Shown piece by piece: positions 53,930-64,000 of a DNA stretch of 64,000 bases (the first letter of the stretch is position 1; the number at the start of each line of letters is the position of its first letter). A program made the translations under genes and the position numbers. Source of the DNA: Nageia nagi (lineage: Eukaryota > Plantae > Pinophyta). The notes under the pieces were generated by a model, which was not told the origin of the DNA, made no database searches, and worked only from the letters and a program-made list of their open reading frames with translations. The stretch covers positions 142,662,001 to 142,726,000 of the forward strand of contig JBITNC010000001.1 in assembly GCA_050084985.1 (NCBI GenBank), read 5' to 3'.

Positions 53930-55503
53930 GGAATAAATGTCTCTAGCATCTTTTTTAGAAAACCCATTTTACATGTATCTTGTAAGCATTATAGACCATG
54001 ACATTATGTTTATCTCATACATATAGTCAAATAATTTTTATGCCTTGTATATTTCTCACATTATGTAGACATGTCTATCAAGATATTAAAAACTACAAAA
54101 TTCAATTCAAAAGCACCATATAGACACATCCACATACCCAATTCATATTTTATAGGTATTTTGAATGTAAACTTTAAATCTTTCTCAAGATGACCCACAT
54201 ATCCAAGAAGATCAATAATTCTTATATAGTTCTTCATAAAAAGAATAATATAATAAGAGTTTCTTAAAAATAGCAAGTTCTTTATCACATATAAGAGTTT
54301 AAGGGAATATTTTATGTAGTTATGAGTTATTTATCTTGTAATCATTGCATTTCATGAAACTATTATAGATTTAGGCTAAAAAAATAAGAATTGAATCTCC
54401 TTAAAAGTATCTAGAGCTATTTTAGAAAACCCTTTTTTGTATGTATCATGATATAATTATAGTTCATGAAACTATGTTTGTATCATTCATCTTGTCAAAT
54501 AATTCTCAGGACTTGTGTATTCTTCCATATTTTACATACATATATAAGAGAAGTAAAAGGTTTTCCTTACTAATTTGTCCACTTACAAAATAAAGTTTGA
54601 GTCAAAGAGGGCCTTGTGTATTATATCATCTTTTTCATGCATTTATATCATGGTACTCATAACCATATTAGTTGATGAAAAACCATTTGTAACTAGTTTT
54701 TTTATGAATGTACATATCTTCTTCTAGAGCTCACATAGTGGCATGTGCTAAAAGAATATTGGACAAGGTTGTAGAGTTTGATTTACTCTTAATAATTTAG
54801 TTTTCTTAAAACTTTTAGGGATTTCTTTGAAAACTCATTTTATGCATATCCTATAGTCATTACATTCCATGAGATTACATTTTATGTATATCTTATAATA
54901 ATGATTTATGGGTATGATATATCTTCTATAAGAAAAGTATGCACTCTTTTCTCAACTTTAAATCTAACCACATCTAGGTTTTGTCTTGATTACTCTATCC
55001 TTTTTTTAACTTTAATCAAATTTCATCTAGGCCATATCACATAATCATTAAATTCTAAGAGATTATCTATCTTTGATATATTATGTCAAATAGTGCACAT
55101 GCTATGTGAATATTACACAAATTAGCATATTTTTTAATCCAGTAAGTAGGAGTACCCTATTGAATTTTATATTTTTACACATTTTCCATGCATTTATATC
55201 ATGAAGTTTTTGCAATGGAATTCAAAACTTCCTCTTAAGATAGCCTACATAATCAACAAGGTCAATAAGTGAGATAAAATGATTCATCAAGAAACCAATT
55301 ATGTGCATAGCATATAATCATTTCATTCCATGATATTATATCTTGGTATTGCATTTCCTTGGAAAGATTTTCATTTTTCTTAAGAAACCCAATCTGGGTG
55401 TATTATGTAATAATTAAATTCTATGATATGGCATATTTATATTGTATTTTTATCAAAAAGTGCATGGACCTTTTATATGTTTGCAAACATTGAATACATA
55501 TAC

Positions 55504-55549
<46 letters not shown>

Positions 55550-56720
55550 AACATTTATCATAATAACATTCAAGTGAAAAACACTTCTTAGGATGTTAAG
55601 ATAGCACAAAGAGAAATAATAATTGAGGGTCTCTAAGCCATACCAGTTCTATGTGAATCATTGTAAGTTATATATAATTTTATAGCATATTTATGAAAAT
55701 GGTAATAACTAAATGAACATATTTACATGCTTAGTTTTATGAACTATGCTCTAGAATTGTGAATATCTACAAGGAAGATATACTTGAATATTTTCATAGA
55801 TTTATTTACTTTGCTATTAAGTTAATTTTGAATGAGAAATTTAAAAAAAGGATCTTAGCAAAGAATAAAACATAACAACATAATGAGTAGAGAGATTTGA
55901 TATCTTTTCAAAAGGTTCATTTCATTCAATAAAATCATCATAATGCATCTTATTAATGAAAATTGTTGCATTTTTAATGCTTTTATATTTTACATATATA
56001 TCTATTATAATTTTCATCATAATTGTATATGAAACAATTCCACATCTAATTATTGTTTAATGAATGACCATATCCCATTTTAAATATATGAAAGTTATAA
56101 ATACAAGAATAATGCCTCCATGACCAAGAATGTCAGCAATACATGCATATTTATTTATCCCAATAATAATCCAATAATATTTACTCATTATATTAAATTA
56201 TTCATCACTAGTTTCTAGTATATCTACATGCTTTCATGCAAGTAGAAGACATACAAAAGTTGTGTTGTTAAGGTTGGTTCCTAAGTGCTTCATGAGATCA
56301 AAGAGTTGAAGAGCATTCTTGTTGTAGCTTTCAACAAGATTATATATTTATACAAATATTTATTATGAAGAAATGAAATCAAATATGATTTATTATCTAC
56401 CTAAAAGCATGCACCATATCATTGTGTAAAACTCTTTATATATTGTATTACTTTGCATCACCAATAATCTCTAAAAGAAAATTCTTCATGCTTGAAATGT
56501 AATTGACTATTTCAATATAAGTATTTGAAATAAAAAATATGATAAAGTCCATAAATTATGTTTGCAATATGGATCTTATCAAATAATTCTCATTCCTTTT
56601 CTATTTAAATTATTCTTTGCAACATTCAACATCTTATTTGATTGAATACATGTTATACTTCCATACAATCTTATTTCCCAATGATGATATGCCCTTATAG
56701 TTGGAAATTACTAACTTAAT
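53930..56720 (-). pseudogene. Scrambled PLS-class pentatricopeptide repeat (PPR) gene fragments
   Basis: Minus-strand translations: MYVKYGRIHKS*ELFDKMNDTNIVS*T; NSTTLSNILLAHATM*ALEEDMYIH; VS*NAMI; IIDLLGYVGHLEK..KIPIK..WMCLYGA; KNALQLFDLMKH..TFVCLLLA..FNIMSKYY..YACIADILG. Confidence 0.88.
55495..55547. repeat. Compound (TACATA)/(TA)n microsatellite inside the PPR remnant
   Basis: Perfect TA run at 55511-55546 preceded by tacata units. Confidence 0.95.
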
Positions 56721-56749
56721 GCTATGCATAGTGAAATTGAATCCAAATA

Positions 56750-57600
56750 AGAATGAGAAATATATGAAGGATATATCAAAATTTTGTAATAAGTTAGAAT
56801 CCATTGACTAGATAAATTCATACAATAGAGTCTAATTAATGAGAAAACTAAAAAGGATGCAAGTCATACAATAAATGAATCTAATTTTGATAATGATTTA
56901 AATTACCTTCATGATTATTTGGCCAAAAAATAAGATATAAGAACATGTAATAAATTTTCTTGTGTAATTGGTTACTTATAGTTGTTCTACTATATGGTAT
57001 GAGAATATTGAGATTATATCTAATGTATTGTTGTTGATGATAGGTCATCATACAATTCAAAATCTAAAAATCAAAGAATGAGAGATACAATGAAGTTTGA
57101 AATAAAGTGAAGCAACATATATAAGGTGGATATTAGTACCAATCTACATGGAAACCCCATTGTAGAAAATTATGTGAAGTTTTCATCTCAATGGGGGTGA
57201 TGCTGAGGGATATTCTTATCTCTTTCATGTATAAATAATAGAAATTGGTACTAGAGGAAATTAAATATATTAATGGAAAATGATTAAGTTAACTTAGTAT
57301 CCAAGAAATTTATCACCATACATTTTTTAATACTTATGTAAATAATCCATACAATAAAATATTGGTTTAATGTAGTAAAATAATATGATTTCAAATATAG
57401 TGAAGTAATAAGTAATGATGAAAATGGATAAACTATGACATGATAATAAGAATCAACTTGTTAAAAGTTACTATTGATCGATATTGTGTAATATTCATGT
57501 ACCCATGAATTGTAATCAATTGAGTCACTATGGATGAAATACTTTTCAATGTTCAACCTTTGGTATGAAGTTTGATACCTTATCTATTAGGATAGACTCC
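56750..57600 (+). mobile_element. Possible hAT transposase remnant
   Basis: Weak motifs only: ASHTIN/NLIL (~CAAHCINLIL), WKP.V, YG..T..Q. Very decayed. Confidence 0.3.
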
Positions 57601-58199
57601 CCTCAAGGAAGGATCTACTACACTATTGTGTAAAATGGTAGGGTGCAAGAAATAAAAATAATAATAATAATAAAGTAATTAAAATGATATCCATAACCAA
57701 TGTGAGCTTTCTAATAGGAATGACTAGAAGGAAATATGAATTAATAGCCATGATCTCTACTAGAAATCCTAGTTAGATATTGTACTAAAAAACATTAATT
57801 TAACATTGAGCCATGAAGTCATAAAGAGTACACATAATTATACATAATGGTTTAAGTACACACATAAATTGATTATTGAGTAAAAGGTCAACCACATCAT
57901 TCTTGTATTCAAAAAATAGTTTTAGTAACATTACATAGGGTAAAATATTAAAAGTATGATCCTAATTACACAAAAATACCTTGTATTTATAGGAATAAAT
58001 ACATCAAAATATATTAAAATGCAAATTCAAACTTAACTACTACTAACAACCATCAGTTGATTACACTTAAGAAAACTAGAATTAAACTTAGAGAAATTTT
58101 TCGAATAATATAGTATCCCCTTTATGCAAAATGCATGGGTCATCTTATATGGTTATAATATATAATGACTCATCCCCTCAAGATAGATTCTAAATTACA

Positions 58200-59950
58200 A
58201 CTACCATTGAAACTACTTCTTCTTCATTTGAGGTCACCTTGAGGATATTGCTAGGTGAATTTACTGACCCCTTGAGACTTTGTATGTCTAGTTATGGATA
58301 AACTATAGCTTCTACCTCCTTTCAAGAGTTTTACTTCTAGTCATTATGATTATATATTACTTTTTTATGGTAACTATAAACAAAATTATGATACAAATAT
58401 CCAAGAGTATGATGTCCATGTAATCACAATCTATAATGCTTTCCTTGGTGTCATCCTATTCACCCTCACCTTAGTCGAAAATTCATATCACCATGCCCCT
58501 TCTAGATGTCAAAGTGTCACATATAAAGTTGCTTCTTCAATAAGGAGGTTCATCCTATGTTTTTTTATCATAGATATATGGTATAATTTTGAAAATACTA
58601 TACCAATAATCATAAGATCCATATGATAGAAATTTGAAATTAGAATCAATATGGATGAATATTTTACAGATTTAGTCTACCTTTTCTACAACTAAGGTTG
58701 ATATTTTGAAAATGCTTCCCATGTAAACTTGGATGCTTTGAAGGAAGGATTTTGCATGTTGAATTTTACCTACCAAAATTAGTAGAGTTCCTTTCTACCT
58801 GGCCATTTTATTATTCAATCTATCAAGGAACCTTTTCTAGAGGCTTATTTGGACTCTTCCTTCAAAAAGGGCCATATCAAGATAAGTATTAGGGAAGGTC
58901 CCAATTTGGAATTGAAAGATATAAGAAATTACTTAAATTTTGCATGGGGGGTATTGAAGGAATAAATGTTGGATTTATCATAGTTGATTTTCTAATCTGA
59001 TTCCCTTTCATATTTATTAAGGATAGATTTCATGATTCTTTCCTCTTCAAGACTAGACTTTTCAACTAGGATAGTATCATCCATAAATTAATGATGGGTT
59101 GTGGGAGATAAATTAAGGCCAATTTTGATCCCTATAATGTTTCCATTTTTATTTGCACATTTTAATGATCTTCCTAGAGCCTCAACCATTGTGATGAAGA
59201 GATAGGATGATAAGGGATCTCCTTATCTTATTCCTTTAAAGGAATTAAAAAATTATACTACTTCACCATAAATTAATATTGAAAAAGTGATTGATGATAT
59301 ACACTTATTGATCCATATTCTCCATTGTCTCAAAAACCTAAATCTTTCAAGCACTTAGTCTAGGAGTTTCCATGAAACTTAGTCATAAGCCTTCTGTATA
59401 CCCAACTTAATGATCATAGCTTCTTCTTTAGATGTTTTTATGAATGTAGCATATCATGTATTAGGATGATGGCATAAAACATTTATATATATCTCACAAC
59501 TTCATATTTTTATGGAGAAATATTTTTTGGGAGGATTTTTGCTATTCATTTTTCCAAGAGATTTGTTATGGTTTTGTAAGTTCTATTACATAATCCAATT
59601 GGCCTAAAGTTTTTCAAATTTATTACACTTTTACTTCAGGAATGAGGATAAGGAATGTGGTATTTCAAAATTTTAGAACATTTTTATATATCTAAAATTC
59701 CTAGATGACTTTTATAACATCATCTCTAATAATATTTCAAAATTGATGGAAGAATAAGTAGGAAAACCATCAAGGAACATGGCTTTATCTTTCTCCATCA
59801 TAAACATTATGGAGGTAATTTCTTTTTTTGTAAATGTAGCAATTAATTTACCATTTCCTCTTTGCTAATCAAGGTTTGAATGTTTTTCAATCCCTATTTG
59901 GTTGCATTTTGATATTCCTATAATGACCCACCCTAACACTCTAATTGAGA
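58200..59950 (-). mobile_element. L1-clade LINE reverse transcriptase remnant
   Basis: Motifs: KAMFLDGFP, FRPIGLCNRTYK, MIIKL..KAYD.VSW, KGIR*GDPLSSYLFITMVEALGR, H..FMDDT. Confidence 0.88.
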
Positions 59951-60949
59951 CCTTTATTACCTTAGGGAACTTGGAATTTAATTTGAGATCATATATGCTA
60001 TAAAATGGATTATGAATGATTTTATGCATCATTTGTATTGATTTGATACTATCTTTGAGGTTATTGTGATAAAGGTAAAAAGTTGACCAATGTGACTATC
60101 AGAATGGAGACCCTAAGGAACCAAAGATGAGTGGGTTATGGGAATAGATTGGTAAGAGTGAGGAAATGTTTGAAATTGAATTGATGACAACTACAAGGAA
60201 TCTTATAGATCATGTAGATGCATATCACCATTATTGTGCATTATTTTTTATTTCGATGATGTATGCATTTGTATGCACTAATAAATTGCCTTACAGGATG
60301 AATGATCATCATAGGTAAATATGAGCTTTAAAAATATATATAATGCATTTTGAAAAATGCTTGATTTATTTTTAAAAAATGCAAGGAATATTCCCATCAT
60401 TTGAATTTGAATTTCTACCAATGAACTTTAGTATTTACAATAATAAATTTAGGAGAAAGATAAAATTAAGGGTTAAAGGATTTTTCATCATTTCATGGAG
60501 GTTATAAGGCTATTTTGATGCTTTGATAAAATAATTGAGAAGATCACTCCACAAAAATTATTTCCTTTTTTTATGTGTAAAATGATTTATGAAATCTTTT
60601 TCTCTTAGTGAAAGGTATGCAATTATTCTTAAAAGACCTAAGGACCTAAAAACAATTGTACAAGCCCCTCACACAAAAAATAAGATACCTACACTTTTCA
60701 GGGGGAACCTCTTATAATTTTAAATTTTATATTTTGTTCATAGGGAACCATAGATAACCCATTGTTGATAGGTCATTTCATTATCCTCCCCTATGCTATG
60801 TCTCCCTTCTTAGGGTTTTTCAACGTATTGGTTCTTATGTGCTTTTTCTATCAAGAAGGCCATATTTGAGGTTGCATTTAATTTTATATGTGGTTACCAT
60901 ATTTTCACTCCATGATTATTGGTATCTGGTACGACTACATTTGATGATG

Positions 60950-61780
60950 TATTTTGTCAAGGAAATCTTATACCCCTCTAGCATATTCACCTTAGGCATT
61001 ATCTATGAACATTGCATTCCTTTAGATCACATCTCATTGAGGGATTCTACCAAACAAACCAAACACCCTTTGTACATCCCATTTTACATATATCCTATAT
61101 TCATTATACTCTATGAGACTGTAAGTTGATGAGATATTTTATGTATCCATTTTATGTAGATTGTGAGGTCATTGCATCCCATTTGACTATATTTCAATGA
61201 GTTTTTTGTCCAACCAACTACAAACTTCTTAAGCATATCCATTTTCATTTAATCCATCAAGAAGCATTTGAACAATAATATTGATCAAAAGTGAGGCTTA
61301 GGGTTCATGAGATGTGTGTGTTCCTTCATATTCATCACCTTTCAAGGTCCTCCAGTAATGCCTATCAAAATCTTCATCATCCCTCTAGAGTGCATCCTGC
61401 TATCGAGAGCCAATCCTAAGATGGTACTAGTAGAAATAGGATGCTTTCCTCCTTAATTAAATAGCCTTAAAGTATAGAAATCTCAATAATACTAGGAAAT
61501 TAATAATGTATAGGTGATAGATTCCATTACGAAGGATTTATTGCATGAGATCATGTTTTAATGAGACACTTTATCTAGCAATTCATAGGCCCTTTCCCAC
61601 TTGGATGTACTAATATGCACCTACATTCCAATACAACATTTTTCCAAATAATTCATAGGCCTTATTAAGGTTCCCTCTATGTGTATATTCTATGATCACA
61701 ACATTTCATGAGATTGCACTTCAATGAAGAATTTTGTTAAACAAATTTTAGATGAAGCGTTGAATTCAATGAAGCATTTT
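60950..61780 (-). pseudogene. Second patch of PLS-class PPR fragments
   Basis: AIS*NVVIIEYTHRGNLNKAYELFGK; ERAYELLDKVSH*NMISCN; GYM*NG..LFGRIPQ*DVI*RNAM. The patch may extend further left toward ~60100. Confidence 0.6.
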
Positions 61781-64000
61781 GTTAAATAAATTTTAGATTG
61801 AGTGCATCATTAATTGAAACTATAGGAAGAGACCACTTAGGAAGTGGTTCTATTTCATCTATTAAGATTTCACCTTCATTTGTAACATTGAAAGTACTAC
61901 CCAAATTTATAAAAGCATTTGTAAGATCAATACCTGATTCTATGTTTGAAGAAGTACTAATCTTATGTGTCATTTGTATCAAGAATCATGTCACTGGTAT
62001 TTGGCTACCACTACCCTTTCATGCCTATCTATTGGCTTTAACATGGGACTTACTTGGACTTACCCTAATAACCAGATTAGATTGTTCAAGTATACAATAG
62101 TATACCAAGAATAGAAACTTATTTCCAATTACAAAGAACAAATATAGATCAAAATAGAGTGCTATATTGATAAATGGATGGAGTACATATATAAAGGAAT
62201 GATTAAGTAATACCAAGGGACTGAAACCATGAATATTAACTTAGCATTGACTCTAAATAAAACTTGGCCCTAAAAAAACTAGGCTCTAAACCAAACTTGG
62301 CTTTGATACCATTTAAGGAAAAGCTTACAACTCTAATACCATTTAAGTAAACAAGCTCTTACAAAGACCTCAAACTAAAACTCAACTAATTTCTATCCGC
62401 ATTTTGTATGATCACAAATGAGCCTAAATGCTTTATTTATAATGGCTTGAAGATAGATTGATGGATTACAATCAATATTCCTTAGATCTAAATCTAAGTT
62501 GTTAAAGCTATACCATATTCTATACAATAACTTGATATGACTTAAAGTAAGCCACTTACAATAAAGTTATTCCCACTCATACCCTGAGTGGATAAGGATG
62601 CTATAATAGGCACTCCTGATTTGATTTAATTGAATTAAATTGTTGGCCAATATTATTTAATGTGGGTTAAGGTCCCACCATGCTTTACAAATGCATTATT
62701 GAGTTGGATACCATTTTATTTTGATCTATCTATATAATACTTTAGTAAGTGATTCATTAGTAAGAATTCAGTTCTCAATTATCCACTTCCATCACAATAG
62801 CCAAGTGGCATGAACATCAATCATCATGTTGAAGTGGTCATGTGGTGTAAGATCATGGTACTTAAGGGGAAATTGATCAACTATTAAGCCAAATTTTATG
62901 AACCATTCTTCAAACTAATCAAGAATTTATTTAGAATTATCTCTTAAACCTATTCCAAACCCTACAAAATAATTGTGAGAAAATATGGAATTTTGATAAG
63001 CAAGAAGGGTAAATAAATTTCATTTTTATTGTTCATAAGTGAGTTTAAACCCACTAATATTGATTTTAAGACTTGGATCTTGTGTTTGCCATTGATGAAT
63101 ACCATGAATCCTATTTCTAAAAATTGTTATCCTTCCTATGAAATAATCTTCATTTATATTATGGCAATAATGTTTGCAATATATATCTCCAAAATGGCAT
63201 AATAAAGCTCTTTATCCCATTGAATGATTAACTATATTGGTATATATGGGATATGTTCCAAGAACATTAATAATTCTTCCATCTGGTAGAGGAATAGCCA
63301 TTCTTTATTTTGTGAAAAGCTCATGTGTATACCAAGATGTAAAATTCCTTGAGTCTACTCCAAACAATTCTGGCAAAGTGCTTATGACTATCCATTTAGC
63401 TCTCTAAGGTGTAACCATATTGACATGGTATTCTTGAGTAAGAAAATCAGTAATAGAGTTTTTAACTCCTGGAACATGCTTAAAAGTGATGTCATAGTCA
63501 TCAAACCATAAACTCCACCTTAACATTTTGTTACTGTTTGAAGCTTTATCAAAATTCATTTAGAAATCCTTTCATATTATTCAAATCTGATCTTAAAATA
63601 AACTTTTTAGATTGAACAAAGAACTAAAATGATTTAATTACTTTTATTGTTGCAAGGATTTCCTTATGAGGAGAAGGATATCTTAACTAAGCTTTAGAAA
63701 AACTACTAGAAGCATACCTATAGATTTTTTCACCTATTTTTATTTCTTCTTTGAGAAAAGCACCCAAAACTTATCACTTGCATTGGTTTTAATAATTTTT
63801 ATACTGGATCTAGGGAGAGGCATAAGGGGTAGTTTTGAACATTTATCTTTTATTCTCTAACTACTTTAGTCATTTTAGGAGTCTAAGAAGGAGCATTTTT
63901 CTTGAGTTTGGTGTGTAATAATTTTTGATCAGTTGCAATATCTTGATAATAACTATACACATAATTTACACAACCAAGAAAATGCTAAAGTTAATTAACT
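61780..64000 (-). mobile_element. Endogenous caulimovirid (pararetrovirus) fragment: RT end, RNase H, C-terminal extension, intergenic region, tRNA-Met PBS, probable start of the movement-protein ORF
   Basis: IIKTNASDKFW..RYAS..HKEILA..MLRWSLWFDDYDITFKHVPGVKNSITDFLTQE, with no integrase downstream. TATAAATAAA at 62441-62432 and an 18-nt PBS at 62311-62294. An ORF containing EIEPLPKWSLPIV follows. Confidence 0.78.
62294..62311 (-). other. tRNA-iMet primer-binding site
   Basis: TGGTATCAAAGCCAAGTT versus TGGTATCAGAGCCAGGTT (two G>A changes). Confidence 0.85.

Noticed and set aside
52400-53930. Weak direct (tagggtttaacacctaa x2) and inverted similarities next to the PPR mosaic, as termini of a capturing transposon
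   Set aside because: No convincing TIR, TSD or Helitron end could be defined by eye.
53930-55450. Degenerate satellite or DNA-transposon subterminal repeats
   Set aside because: The repeated motif is the reverse complement of the PPR 'VSW..MI.GY.QNGF' motif.

Overview
AT-rich, strongly CpG/CHG-decayed plant nuclear DNA. The style of the PPR and retroelement remnants suggests a large-genome gymnosperm (inference). There is one intact host gene: a two-exon, 148-aa class I LOB-domain (LBD) transcription factor on the minus strand (18061-18612). It sits in a CpG-retaining island, and its 3' flank is tandemly duplicated. The rest is decayed repeats. (i) 1-6674: the 3' end of a Tat-type Ty3/Gypsy element inserted into a Tekay-like chromovirus integrase, whose chromodomain-PPT-LTR junction is tandemly duplicated. 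(ii) ~7860-10230: a Copia remnant. (iii) ~20185-52400: a nest built on a minus-strand Tat-like element that has gag but no pol and carries an antisense plant-mobile-domain (PMD) ORF. Three elements inserted into it: a related complete Tat element, an Athila-like element and a chromovirus. (iv) 53930-56720 and ~60950-61780: scrambled PLS-class PPR gene fragments, separated by hAT-like and LINE remnants. (v) 61780-64000: an endogenous caulimovirid that crosses the circular-genome junction (RT/RNase H - intergenic region - tRNA-Met PBS - start of ORF1). All calls come from manual translation and alignment; no database searches were run.
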